From: Eledone cirrhosa
Taxonomy: Eukaryota
Reading direction: 5' to 3'
Length of the DNA: 64,000 bases
Assembly (NCBI GenBank): GCA_964016885.1
Contig: OZ024742.1
Span: forward strand, 306,776,001 to 306,840,000
The notes under the pieces are model-generated. The model saw only the letters and a list, made by a program, of their open reading frames with translations, searched no databases and was not told the origin of the DNA. Position numbers and translations under genes: made by a program. How positions within the stretch are numbered: position 1 is the stretch's first letter; each line of letters starts with the position of its first letter. Shown here in pieces: positions 40,318 through 54,760 of this stretch.

Positions 40318-41161
40318 AGTGTGAGTGTGTGTGTATATGTGTGTGTCTATAATTGTTTATGATTTCCTCGTTGGATTGTGCCCATGCTTATGTGGTTTTC
40401 TTACAGTTTTGCTGAAGATTATGGCCGGAAGTTGATCTTTGTGTTTTTAGCATCTGAACTTCGTTTAGTGCATCCTCGAATAGGCGGCTTGTCCAGTATC
40501 GTGGTTAGGAATTCCTCCTCTGTTTTTTGAATATTTCTATAGAGGTGCCTTTTATATTTCTGATTCCTTTAAATGGACAGTTGCACACTTGATGACCACC
40601 AAATATCAGATTCATTTAATAGAGCCTTTTTCTCTTTCGAAGATTGTACAGCGTTGCTCAGTTCTTTGAGGACAAATCTTTTAGTAACTCTAACGTTTGT
40701 GTAACTTGTTCTGATAATCATTTGACTTCAGGTAAATGGTGACAGACATCAGATTAACCACATTAAAAGCAGAGCATAATGATTTAGAAATGATCTTGTG
40801 TTGCTCACATAGAGATGGAAGCGGCTGACAGTGATTTTACAACAGTAGTCTAACCTAAAACGCCTGCTACTTGCATAACACCCAAATATGTTAGAAAGGT
40901 GCACAAAATTAGCGTTAAGAATCCTAGAGAGTCAATTAGGTTCATTGCTAAGGGGTTCAACGTTTCGAGGCACACTATCGGAAGAATTGTGCATGACGGC
41001 GTACCAAGTCATATGTGATACAGAGAAGCCAATTCATGTCTGCAGAAGCAAAAGGTACCGTAAACGTCTGATCCAAGCAAAGCGCTTGTTTAACAAGCTG
41101 AGACATCAATGTGTGTGTGGGGGGGGGGGGGATTATATGTGTAATATATATATATATAAAT

Positions 41162-41730
<569 letters not shown>

Positions 41731-42013
41731 TTATAAATATATGCTCACATACATACACAGGTTCATATATATACAAATGTATCGATAGAGAGGGTGATTC
41801 TCCGTGGTGGAACAGAAATCGACTACAATGCATTATATAGAAATAGTTTCAATACATTACACAGAGAAAATTGGATGTATTTCAGAAGGAATTAATTTAT
41901 GCAGGGACCGCACTCCTTCATGAAAAACACAGTCGAATATGTAGGAAGAAACTGTTTGTCTGGCGAGTAGAATATGTTTAAGAAACCCGGTGCTAGTTTA
42001 TTTGAAGAACGTT

Positions 42014-42242
42014 AGAAGAAGAAGAAGAAGAAGAAGAAGAAGAAGAAGAAGAAGAAGAAGAAGAAGAAGAAGAAGAAGAAGAAGAAGAAGAAGAAGAAGA
42101 AGAAGAAGAAGAAGAAGAAGAAGAAGAAGAAGAAGAAGAAGAAGAAGAAGAAGAAGAAGAAGAAGAAGAAGAAGAAGAAGAAGAAGAAGAAGAAGAAGAA
42201 GAAGAAGAAGAAGAAGAAGACGAAGACGAAGACGAAGACGAA

Positions 42243-42288
<46 letters not shown>
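42014..42288. repeat. (GAA)n grading into (GACGAA)n and (GAC)n
   Basis: Direct reading. Confidence 0.97.
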
Positions 42289-42834
42289 TTAGATACTAGG
42301 CAGTACTGGGTTAGTGAATGTCACTGATGAAATCTTACCGAATCTTGAAAGAACTACCAATCCGGACCACCGCTGGCAAATAGGAAACCTGTTCACAGAG
42401 AAAAATAGAGAAATATATTTTCTTTCCCCAAAAGAATTGATTGCAATCAAGCATATAGCATATACTTTGATATACACCGCTATTATCCTTAATTGCTGCC
42501 CGGGTGTGTTGTTAGTCCTCAGGTTCCTTTGAGGACTAACAACATACCCAAGAGCTGGACATATCGATGAATTACCAGAGTGGAACACATTACAACACCA
42601 TGTTTACCTTTTTTTCTACATTAATTCTTACTACCTGATGAGGTCACAGCCAATAATGGCTGTCACTGAAATATATATAGCAGAAAATTAGAATAAACGA
42701 AGCCAACTTTAACATGTTTGACTTACACATTTTATTTTACATTACTCCGGAGTAAACAAACCAGCCTGCGTACTTCGTCGATTGCTCCATCCTGCATACT
42801 GAGGTGTTAGTAAACAACCAACACATACTCAACA
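42289..42834 (+). mobile_element. PLE 3' remnant, family B copy 2, with an internal hairpin (42502-42549) and an HHR (42631-42683)
   Basis: CTAC-CTGATGA-GGTCACAGCC(aataat)GGCTGTCACT-GAAA-TATATATA-GCAG. The tail matches the reverse complement of 3670-3810. Confidence 0.8.
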
Positions 42835-42942
42835 TATATATATATATACATATATACATATATATATATATATGTGTGTTTGTGTGTGTGTGTGTGTGTG
42901 TTTGTGTGTGTTTGTGTGTGTGTACGTGTGTGTGTATATATA

Positions 42943-43849
42943 CAGTAGCGGACTGGACAGGTTGCCCAATGGCAAGCGGGCCCCAGGGAGCCCTCGGTAG
43001 TATTACATGAGCCCACAGTAGCATTGCAGGTCGCACTGTAGTATTTTAGGGGCCAATGCTTTGCATTCAAAAATACCTCAAATCTAAGAGAAAGAATAAA
43101 GTTATTAAAAAATAAATAAAACAATTAAGCAAAGCATTTGGTCAACCAATTCCCCAGGTAATTATTAGAAATTAACCTTAAGTACGAGCAATAACATTAA
43201 GAAAGACATGAAAGACACCACAACACTTTGTTTTGGAAATTTTGAAAGTAGGTTTATAAGTATGAATTTTCATAAGATTTTCGGTGTTGTGTTTGTGGCT
43301 TCGCGGAAGGTACTAGAGACGGTGGAGATCGTGGCTTTGGGTTCAATCCTGGTCAAGAGGTGTATATATATAAACATTTTCAGTTTTTATTTTACAACCA
43401 ATAGAAAAAATTGAAAAGGTTTACCGGGAACCCTACTCCGACAAGGATTGAACTTCAGGATCACTACCTTCTATGAATGTTTCCTCCAACTATGCCACCA
43501 AGACAGCTACAAATGTATAATGACAATTGATAATTATAAACCTACTTACAAAATCAAAGTTTAAAAGATGAGGTGTCCTTCATGGCTTTCCTAGAGCTAT
43601 TAATAATATGTAGGGTCGACTTCTGGTCATTATTGATTTCGCATTGAAGTCTATGGATTTCGCAAAATACATATACTGGAGAGGGTGCGATATTTTTCTG
43701 CAAAAATTTGATTGCACGGTTTTGTTTCCACATATGTATTTTTCGAAAATGTTATTTATTCATTATGAAAAAATTAAATGATAGCATTCTACATGTAGGT
43801 GGGCCCCCTTCATCTCCTTTCAACCAATATTTTTAGACCCAGTCCGCCA

Positions 43850-43852
<3 letters not shown>
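42943..43852. mobile_element. Non-autonomous hAT-like element (MITE)
   Basis: TIRs CAGTAGCGGACTGG / CCAGTCCGCCACTG, subterminal GGGCCCC motifs, and an 8-bp TSD-like pair TATATATA/TGTATATA. Confidence 0.75.
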
Positions 43853-43896
<44 letters not shown>

Positions 43897-43926
43897 GAGG
43901 TGGGGGGGGGTGTATGTGTATGTATA

Positions 43927-44121
43927 TAACAAAGAGAGAGTGGTAAGATACCAGGTGGACCATAACGCACCAGAGTACTCAATACTTAGGGTAGTACAGT
44001 GGGTAACAGGAAATAGAGTCAGGACCCCGACGTCTGACCTCCGGCCGTTTCGACAGCTAGATCGGATCTCGCTCTCGAAACGGCCGGAGCTCAGCTGTCG
44101 GGGTCCTGACTCTTTTCCTAT
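43927..44121 (-). mobile_element. Family D copy 3 (hairpin at about 44008-44120)
   Basis: Same GGACCATAACGCACCAGAGTACTCAATACTTAGGGTAGTA body and terminal fold-back, in (TA)n. Confidence 0.8.
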
Positions 44122-44165
44122 AAATAAATATATATATATATATATATGTGCGTATGCGTGTGTGT

Positions 44166-44214
<49 letters not shown>

Positions 44215-44224
44215 CTTACATATG

Positions 44225-44475
<251 letters not shown>

Positions 44476-45458
44476 TTATATATATATATATACCGTGTCA
44501 TATGTACAGATATAGATATATCCTTAAATGCATGTATACATTTTCCATATGCGCACTATCACCGTTGCTTACATGCCGAAAGTATTTTAAAATATATTTT
44601 AAAAAATAAAGCGAAAACATACATACGGATTTGGGACTGAGTAACGAACGAGAAAGTTTAAAAAGCAGAAACAGAAAAAAAAGTTTAAGTGAAAACCGAA
44701 AAATACGTAACAAAAGAAATCAGGAAGAAATGGGAGGTAGCAAAAAATGAAAGGAAGTTACGAAGGTGGGATAAAGCATGGTTGACGATTTATATGTGAT
44801 TTCGTTATTGTATCATATTATTTGTTCCTAAAGACAGAGTATTAGAATCGAAAACTAAAAAAAGCTTCATGAAATAAAAGTAATAATATAAATATGCATA
44901 TTATGAATAAATAAATGTATAATAACAGTAATGAACATAATAATAATGATAGAGAAATAATAATGATATAATAATAACAATCATAATAATGATAATAATA
45001 ACCACGTTAATATCATGAGGAAAAAATGAGCCATATCTTGTAGCGAAACAACCACAGTAAGAATGGAAACAATAGGCGATAGAGAAAAAAATAAATAAAG
45101 TAATTGTATTACTAAAAGGAGGCAACAAACACGTAAAAATGAATGAGAAATGTTAGATGAACGATGTGTAGAGGCTGGGAGCAATAAACATAAAATCAAA
45201 TGAAGATTTTACATTATCTGAGAAAAAAGAAAAATACTTCGTCAATGGAAATGCGTTTGAAATTTCTTTTTATCAAAGATTACTCAAAGAAAAAAATATT
45301 GACTACATCCTTATAGCATGTTTTATGTTTTCAACGGCCCCCGGATTTACAGGTATTGGACAAGTGAATAAAGATGGAGGTTTTAAGCAAATTGGCAACG
45401 TTAGCAAAATACGGAAGGAAGAGAGGTCAGAAAAAAATTAAAAACACATGCCATTATG

Positions 45459-45494
<36 letters not shown>

Positions 45495-45556
45495 CATATA
45501 TATATTAATACATATGTATATATATACACATATATATATGTATATATATATATGTT

Positions 45557-45609
<53 letters not shown>

Positions 45610-45665
45610 ACATATATATATACATACACAAACGCACAGACACACACACACACATACATACACAT

Positions 45666-45698
<33 letters not shown>

Positions 45699-46202
45699 AT
45701 ATACACGCAAATATCAATACACTTATATATGTATGCATATATACGTTTATATATATATATATATATATATATATTCGTTTATTTATGTGAGTGTGTTTGT
45801 TTATATACATATATCTATCTATATTTATGTATATGTACATATGAACACATATTTACATATATAAAGACATAGGAAAAGTGCAAAATAAATAAGAAGGCTG
45901 TTCAGATCGGAAGCGGAAGTGAACGTTGTAAATAAATGCACGTTCTATGCAATAGCATAGTTTTACTTTGTGTTACATATCTACCTTAAAGCTGTAGTTG
46001 ACAAAATCGTTTCCTCTGTTTTGTTTTGATACATTATGTTTCCAACACATAAATGAAAGAAGTGTGAAAAAATAGTCTGAGAAAGTACAATACATAGTTT
46101 GTTGAGAAGTAGTTCGAAGTAAACAAAACTGAAATGTCTTCACATCTTCCCTCACTATCTTTTATCTTTGTCAATATGAATGGTTATATATATATATATA
46201 TT

Positions 46203-46237
<35 letters not shown>

Positions 46238-46238
46238 G

Positions 46239-46695
46239 TATTGGTAAAAGGAAAAGAAAATGCTGACAAATTGTTCCCAGTGAAAAATAGTTTAATTAGG
46301 AATAAGTAAAAATTAGTAATAAATATTGGTTAGTATTCAGTTTTGGTTTTAAGTTTTTACCGGTTGCGCATTTCTAATGCTTTTCAAAAATAATTTTGAG
46401 ATAGAGCGCCCGTGATTTTTACTCTAATCTGATTAGTTTTGGAAATTCTACCTGTTTTATGTGAAAAAAGTGGCTCCAGATGTAATAAAATAAGTTTCGC
46501 GCCATCTCAAAATTATTTTTGAAAAGCATTAGAAATGCGCAACCGGTAAAAACTTAAAACCAAAACTGAATACTAACCAATACTTATTACTAATTTTTAC
46601 TTATTCCTAATTAAACTATTTTTCACTGGGAACAATTTGTCAGCATTTTCTTTTCCTTTTACCAATATATCACAACTCGTGTGTTACACCTCTAT

Positions 46696-46700
<5 letters not shown>
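46239..46700 (+). mobile_element. PLE-terminus element family F: 164-bp inverted arms with a variant HHR, in (TA)n
   Basis: 46239-46402 is the inverse of 46504-46667, with a ~100-bp spacer and a 33-bp tail. The motif TTT-TTGAAAA-GCATT(aga)AATGC-GCAAC-CG-GTA-AAA is at 46516-46551. Confidence 0.75.
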
Positions 46701-46769
<69 letters not shown>

Positions 46770-47421
46770 AGAAGCAAAAAATTGCTTATTGTGATCCAGT
46801 TTTTGGTTAAGAAAGCCAGTTTCATGGATGGTTTCAACGTACGGTTAGGGGTAACTCCACAAGTTTGTAAGAATTCCTTTCAATCTTGGAATATAAAGTA
46901 TAAAAGAGAAAATACAGGTAAGCATTAAGAGTAGGATGTAATCCAGGTATTTACGACCGTTTCATTGGTAAGTGCAACCTTATATTGCTATACTGCAAAT
47001 AGCAGCCACTCAATTATAATTGTTGTTCACAGTCCAAATTTTCAAAATAGTGAGTTACTCTTGAAATAATTCTTAATATATAGAGAAAAACATTTATTTG
47101 GAATTGTATTTACTAGTATAGAGAGAGAGGAATCAGGAGGTGGGGGGACAGACGGCATAGTATAGAGAGAGAGGAAGGGGGAAGAGGTAGGAAGTAGAAT
47201 GACAAACTGAGGTGGAGGTAGGGGTAGAGGTGGAAGGATTCTTTGGTCAGTTTTGATAGCAGACATCATGTCGTGGAGTGTAGTGAGTTAAAGAGAATTA
47301 AATAGATAATAGTGGGAGGGATGGATAGAGAGGGAGAGAGAGAGGGGGGAGATATAAAGAGATAAATATATATATATATATATATACACACATACATACA
47401 CATACATATATACACACACAT

Positions 47422-47504
<83 letters not shown>

Positions 47505-47778
47505 CATACACACACACACATATACACACATATATATATATATATAAAAAAATAAAAATAAAGATAATAATGACAAAAATAAAAGCAAAGAAGGGGGTGA
47601 GGAGGAAGAAAAGAAAAGATAGCCAAGAAGGGGGAAGGAAGGAAGAAAACGAAGAAATAGAAGAGGAATGAGGGAGAAGGGGGGGATATATGTATTGGTT
47701 TTGTGGGTAATTAAAGGGTTTAGATATAAGAGGGTATAAAGTCTAAGTATATGCAGTTTGTCAGTTGGTAGTAAGAGG

Positions 47779-49657
47779 TTAAGTGTTCGATTTGTAGTGC
47801 GAAAATTTCTCTTTGAGTCTATGGTTACAGTAAATTGATCTCTCAATTTTATTGTTGAGTAACCTATTCTTCGAACTTAAGATGTGGAACAGCTCAAGGT
47901 CGCATAATCGACAGCTTCTCATACCACTCCGATATGGAGGCGCGTTTGATAATTTTTTCCACTTCAGGGTGTATTGATGGTTACTTTCCCTCAGTTGCCA
48001 CGTCTTGTTTGCAAGGGTAGTTGCATAACGGTGCTGGGAATGTTTCATTGCGTAACGGTGTGTATACCAACGAGCTTTAAAAGTATTCCCAGTCGCTCCG
48101 ATGTAATACCATTTCTGGTTGTCTGATTCCACTGTGCATTGGTAAACCAGGTTAGACTGCATACATTCATTTTGTAATGGACAGGTTTCAGGTAGGTGGC
48201 AGTTGCATTTCTTGTTATGGGCAACTTTGGCATTATTTGTGGGCTGCGATGCCTGAACAAGTGTGTTACGTTTTGTTTGCCTATTAGCGGGTGGTTGTGT
48301 ATTAGATATTCTTTTGTGTTCGGTGGTAATTGTATTGTTATTGTCGTAAATTTGTGTTTTGGTGTTGTTATGTATCTTTTTAGCGTTAAGCATCTTAATG
48401 TGTGCTTCTATATTTGGTGCCGTGGAGTAAGATAGTCTAATAGATTTAGTGTTAAGGATTTTGCTGTATCTATGTGAATCTGGAAAGTGCCTATTTATTA
48501 TTCTAAAGAAAGTAGAGGGTAGGTTAGTACTAATAGAGGTGTTAAATATGGGGTTATACCAAATATATTTTCTACTGCGTGACTTGTTTGATTTCGATGT
48601 TGTACTTCTATTTGCCGTATACTTTGCAGTTCTATGCGTAAATGTGTGTATGCGTGTGTTTCTGGAGTTTGTGTTATGCGTGTTCGTGTGTGCTTCACAG
48701 AGGCTTTCATCTATATATTCTACTCTATCTAAGTGGCCTGCCTTGTCTAATGCGGTATTGTAGTATTCTGCATGTTCTTCGAAGATTTGCCGGTTAGATG
48801 AGAGGCGGGAGATCCTAAGGGATATGCTGCGTGGAATGGATTTAATTATTGATAGTGGGTGGTTTGAGTTACAGTTGATGTATGCTAAGTTTTCATTTAT
48901 CTTGTGAAAAGGTCTTATAAGTCCCGTATTTAGGTTAAGCGTCACATTTAGAAAGTTAACTGTTTTAGTGCTATACTCGTACGTTATGCTTAGGTCTAGT
49001 TTTCCGAGAGTCTTTCTAATATTCTTACGGAGTCTTTCTATGCTCTAGTTATTTAGGTTCTTAACTAGGAGAAGGGCGTCGTCTCTGTAGATTCCACCGT
49101 GAAGGTCGCTAAACTCGCTTTGTAAACTATGGGCTATGTAAATACCTACTAAGTCTGTGACTTGAGCCGAGTCGTTAGCCCTCATCGTGATGTCAAAGTT
49201 ATTTAATCTATCCTTACGTTCCCAATAGGCGTTTTCAAATTTAATTATTGTTTTCCTAGCAGCTAATATGATTTTTATCTCGTCGTCTGTTATGTCAGAA
49301 TTGGCTTTGGCGAATGCTAAGGCTTTATCCAAGGTGTTGGGGGATATAGATGAGTAATAATCGTTAATGTCAAATTGTATAAATTTAGATACTTCTTTGT
49401 TAGCTATATTGTTAAACCATTTAATTGTTTCCGTAGCGTTACCCCATAGTTTAATCACTAGTTTATTCTTCATTTGTGCTATCACTCTGTCTAATATATG
49501 TTTACTAATTTTCCCGATGTCCGATTCGGATGGGCATATAAGTCTAATAGTGGGGTTATAATCAAAATTTACCTTGTGGTCTTTGAGGGTAAATGTGGGG
49601 GTACATGGCTTAAGTGGCTCCGTTCCGTCGTCTATTCCTAGGTGTTTGACTATATTG
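47779..49657 (-). pseudogene. PLE RT + GIY-YIG endonuclease ORF with a single in-frame TAG at 49045
   Basis: TLKDHK..RLICP, QFDINDYYSSI, FDITM, GIYRDD, SNHP, the CxCx5Cx5C linker (CNCHLPETCPLQNEC), LVY..YIGATG..FKARW and CRLCDLE are present. The two ORF-track pieces are in the same frame. Confidence 0.92.
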
Positions 49658-49969
49658 GACAAAACATCAAATGTGTATACGATGGATGTTAATACATACA
49701 ATAGCTTCATACGGAAAGAATTACATAGGAAATACAAAAAAAACAAATGGGGCGGCACTGATAAACATCAACAACGAGGCACACAATATAGTCAATATAT
49801 CCCCCCCTCCCCCTTCTCCCTCATTCCTCTTCTATTTCTTCGTTTTCTTCCTTCCTTCCCCCTTCTTGGCTATCTTTTCTTTTCTTCCTCCTCACCCCCT
49901 TCTTTGCTTTTATTTTTGTCATTATTATCTTTATTTTTATTTTTTTATATATATATATATATGTGTATA

Positions 49970-50000
<31 letters not shown>

Positions 50001-50390
50001 ATATATATGTATGTGTGTATGTGTGTGTATATATATGTATGTGTATGTATGTGTGTATATATATATATATATATTTATCTCTTTATATCTCCCCCCTCTC
50101 TCTCTCCCTCTCTATCCATCCCTCCCACTATGATCAATTTAATTCTCTTTAACTCACTACACTCCACGACATGATGTCTGCTATCAAAACTGACCAAAGA
50201 ATCCTTCCACCTCTACCCCTACCTCCACCTCAGTTTGTCATTCTACTTCCTACCTCTTCCCCCTTCCTCTCTCTCTATACTATTCCGTCTGTCCCCTCAC
50301 CTCCTGATTCCTCTCTCTCTATACTAGTAAATACAATTCCAAATAAATGTTTTTCTCTATATATTAAGAATTATTTCAAGAGTAACTCAC

Positions 50391-50492
50391 TATTTTGAAA
50401 ATTTGGACTGTGAACAACAATTATAATTGAGTGGCTGCTATTTGCAGTATAGCAATATAAGGTTGCACTTACCAATGAAACGGTCGTAAATA
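50391..50492 (+). ncRNA. HHR with U3-A8 variant core and long stem II insert (mirror copy at 46948-47049, minus strand)
   Basis: TATT-TTGAAAA-T-TTGG..(65 nt)..CCAA-T-GAAAC-GGTC-GTA-AATA. Confidence 0.6.
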
Positions 50493-50539
50493 CCTGGATT
50501 AAATCCTTCTCTTAATGCTTACCTGTGTTTTCTCTTTTA

Positions 50540-50575
<36 letters not shown>

Positions 50576-51242
50576 CCGAAATTTATATTTTTCTTGGTGC
50601 AATACCTCATTATATATATATACATTTATATATATGTGTGTGTTTCTGTGCGTGTATTACACTTTTATTGGTTTTACTCAGCAAGCTACAGTCAAGCATA
50701 AAAGAACTGCCTTTCAGTCATACCTCAGTCTGTATTTATTTTTCATTCTGTGAATCATATTATTCTGTGAATCATATTATTTTATCAATCACTGATTGTA
50801 CCTTTCTCTTCACACTCTCTATCCTTCTCCATCTCTTCTGATGTAAGTCTAGTGTCTGAAACATCCAATAGTCTGTCTCAACTATGAACGAATCACCACT
50901 AGTCCACAATCAAATTTTCTTAAGTGTGTCTATATTATTTATAAATATCTTTGAATGTCTAATGATATTCTATCATATTTAAATATATGTGTTGTGTTGG
51001 GAAAGTGTATGTGTGTAAAGGTATTTCCCTGAACAGGCAGAGAGATTATGTTTTATTTTCATCTAGATTAGTAAGACGATAAACACATATAATTGTAGAC
51101 CGACAGAGATTCAAATAGCTGATAAGGAATTTTAATACAGAGGAGTTAGAGATATCAACAAGATAGGTAAGTAGGTGGGTAGATAGATATATTGATAGAT
51201 ATGTTTCTTTATTTGCCATAGATAGGTAGATAGATAGATAAA

Positions 51243-52058
51243 TTTCTTTATTAGCCACAAGGGCACAAAAGGGGACAAATACAAACGGGGAGTTTACATA
51301 GAGGTATATGAAAATAAAACTATTAATAAAATAATAAATAACAATTAAAATCGCCAAAAGGGGGGAGGTGTTACACAGGGGTTGTACACACCCTGTAAAA
51401 AAAATGTACAACCCTCACCTCCAGGGGCAACAAGAGTGAGTACTCCCTTCCTCTCTAACTCTTTTTCTTCAACCTACAGGCTTATATAGAGAGCCCAAAC
51501 ACTCGGGCCATCTTTGCCACATTCACCCACCTTTTATAAAATTTGCTGGGGTACAGCACCTCTCTCTCCATCCTGATTCTTCTTCCAAAATGATATTTCA
51601 AAAAACGAATCAGTTTCTCGCCGGAGAGAAAGGTGTCTGACCTCTGCCCTTTTAACCTCGTCCACCAGATAACCTCTATCACCATAGCCAAAACACATAG
51701 GAAAACCGCCTCTCCCTCGTTTTTGAAGGAGGGTGGCGGTTTGATCATGACAATGGACTCGGTGCTCAACTGGATTGGTCCCACCCGCGACAATAGTCGT
51801 TCTACATAGCACCACAGGTTGATAACGCCAGGGCAGTGTACAAATGCGTGCGCGACGGTTTCCTCGTCGCGCACGCATCTCGGACAGATCTTTTTCGAAG
51901 AGTCCCTGCCCGGGCGCCCGTGTCTGTAGAGCTTGTCTCGAACTGGTAGAGCTCCTCGGTAGCACTGCCAGGCCAGGGACTTTTGGAAGTTGTCCATTGG
52001 TCCCGGGCGGAAGGTCCTACCGAACAGACTGGCCAGTTCGCCCTCCTCTACGCCTAGA
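51243..52058 (-). mobile_element. 5'-truncated copy of the Tx1/L1 LINE in (GATA)n
   Basis: Collinear with 16030-16855 (MDNFQKSLAWQCYRGALPVRDKL..CPRC..HC). GATA repeats flank both sides. Confidence 0.93.
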
Positions 52059-52077
52059 GAGATAGATAGATAGATAA

Positions 52078-52147
<70 letters not shown>

Positions 52148-54259
52148 AGTAGATAGATAGATAATAATTAGATAGATAGATCGATAGATAGATTGATAGA
52201 TAGATATACATCCATACGTATTTCACACACAGAGGTACGTGCATATTTCTCTACATATAAATGTATACATATGTGGACATATAGATACACGTATTTACTT
52301 ACATCCCTACGTACTTATGTGTACTTGTGTCCTTTGTGCTTGTGTGTGGGTGTGAGAGCGCATATACATTTATTCATATATATGTGTTTCACATTTATGT
52401 ATGTATTTCAATATGTGAAAACGTGTTATCGCAATTTGAATACAATTTGTGCGAAAATGTGTATATTATAATTGAACACTCTTTGTGATGGTACGTGGTT
52501 CAATGGTTAGGGTGTTCGAATCAGGACCATAATTAATTGGTTTGATTCGCGGTGGCGAGTTTTGTCTTTGTGCATGACAATTTATTTCAAGATTTATCAA
52601 TACACTCAGCATGCAAAAGCGAATTTTACCTGTAATGCAATGGCTTTGTCTTTTTACACAATATGTCACGGGGAATATCTCAGAAGCGAAATAAATTAAA
52701 AAGTTTGTGGAATGCTCAGGTTTTCACCTTGTAATATCAAGAGTAGGCTCTTCCGTTTCTCAAATAACTGAAGAACGCATCATCGCACCGACGGAGGTCT
52801 AACACACACACTACCCCCTCTATTTCGTTCCACCGTCTAGATGCTCTAAATTATGAATTAAATATGAGATCTTGAAACTATCTTACAGACACTTAAACTG
52901 ATGTAAATTTGTCTGATATTTTTGTTGTCTTATTAACATTTATGTTTGTGTTTATATCTGTTGTTGTTTCCCAACTTTGCTATTTGCCTGCAAGCTAATA
53001 TGTGAGTTAGAAAATTAATTTAATGAAATCATTAAGGCATTCAATTAAATCAAATATTAAGAACTAATAAATAAAAATAACATCAATAAGTGAATAAGTA
53101 AAGAAAATAACTCATGTTTTCGCCTTATAATATTTTGTTATGGTACTATAAATATTAAATTTGTATTCATTTTATTATTATTATTTTTGTTGTTGCTGTT
53201 ATTATTATAATTATTTCCACCATCATCCTCAATACCGCCAACATTATAAGCAGCAATAGTGGTGATGATATTGATGGCCGTGTTGGTGACTTTGTTGGTG
53301 ATGATGGTGTAGGTGGTAGTATCGTGGTGGTAATGGTAATATTGAGATTGGTAGTGGTAGAAGTAGACATGGCAAGAGCCCAGGCAGAAAGACAAGATAG
53401 AATCTTGCATTATAGTTGAACCTCAGTTTTAATACCAAAACGAACAAAACGCAACTCAGAAAAATAGAAAAAAAAACAACTAATAGCCTTCAATATAGTG
53501 TCTCTCCTTGAATTGATGTGATTACTTCACATATTTACATTATCTCTGTATCATCATCATCCTTATCATCATCATCATCATCATATTATTATTATTATCG
53601 CCTAATATAGTTGGCACTTAGCCATGCACCCATATATATATATATATACATACAAAAACATATATATATGTGTGTGTGTGTGTATCCAAGTGATGTTGAC
53701 GGACGCAGAAATAAGTACTCAATACCGAAATAGAGTTTAATAAGATTATATATTCTGAAGGAGAATAGCTTCAAAGCCCGATGACTCAGCACCTGATTGC
53801 GTTTAAGAATATGATATTCCAAAACTCAACATTATCATCGAAATACGTCTGTAAATTGTCATATATCGGCATTATAAAACCCACCATCAAATGGAGTATT
53901 TGTACCGAGAGAAAAGCTTATAAAGTACGTGGTACTATATCCAATTGATGCACCACAGAAAACCTGTATATCATCGATTGATGAACGAGTAATCTGAGTT
54001 GCCTACATATAGCCTGAGTCTATTGCAATACATCCGTCTTAAAGTAATCCCACTAATATACTAGATAATTACTGCCTTATACATAAAATCCAAGAATACT
54101 GGATAATAATATATATGAGATCGTCCAAATAGTGGATGACATATTCATTTATCTACCAAATTCATGTCTACCCATGCTTGGCTTCGTTTTATTCCTCGTG
54201 TTACTAGTGGCATCCCTCATCATCCCTAATGTTACGTATAAGAATGGCAGAATATGGTA

Positions 54260-54760
54260 TGTACCACCTTATCCATGAACTTCTTCCAAAGCTTTCATCG
54301 CCCACTTATTCCTGAGATGGTTGTGGGGGAAGATCCTCAAACACTCCTTCCAGCAGGCCCTATCAGAAGCAACCATCTCCAACTGATCTGGCTGGTTTCT
54401 CAAGCGAGACCAGCCAAGGTCATGGGTGTTATCCAACCATCTTGCTCGGAGTCTACCCCTGGGCCTCCTTCCGGTTGATTTTGCCAGTAAAATCTGTCCA
54501 CCTATTCCTTCCTGAGACATTCTAACCCCATGCCCCGTTTTGGTATTAAAACTAAGGTTCCACTATAATGCAAGATTCTATCTTGTCTGTCTGGTCTCTT
54601 GCCATGTCTACCTCTATCACTACCAATCTTAATATCACCATTACTCATGCCCGGAGCTGCGATCTCTCAACTCGGAGACGTAGCAATCAATCTATTAGAG
54701 TAATTCTGTACCTTGCGAATTAACCCACGATTATCATTTGCAAAGCAACAGAGACTGTAG
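54260..54760 (-). mobile_element. RTE-clade LINE 3' fragment interrupted by a 110-bp insert
   Basis: RVERSQLR / GHGVRMSQE..GRRPRGRLRARWLD..ASDRACWK. Confidence 0.75.

Larger units (their letters stand above)
46765..50545 (-). mobile_element. Naiad-like Penelope element, 5'-truncated, flanked by inverted pseudo-LTRs
   Basis: RT-EN ORF on the minus strand. About 46896-47690 is inverted at about 49796-50543, with an extra tail at 46765-46895 and (TA)n on both sides. Confidence 0.92.

Noticed and set aside
39870-40700. Possible eroded PLE thumb/endonuclease remnant on the minus strand
   Set aside because: Only vague motif resemblance, which cannot be supported without a profile search.
42320-42362. 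CTGATGA..GAAAGAACTA resembling an HHR
   Set aside because: Neither stem I nor stem II pairs.
43430-43515. tRNA-like A/B boxes on the minus strand
   Set aside because: No complete cloverleaf; it is an eroded tRNA-derived piece inside the hAT MITE.
49045-49047. In-frame stop in the Naiad-like ORF as a possible selenocysteine codon
   Set aside because: The codon is TAG, not TGA, so it is most likely a nonsense mutation.
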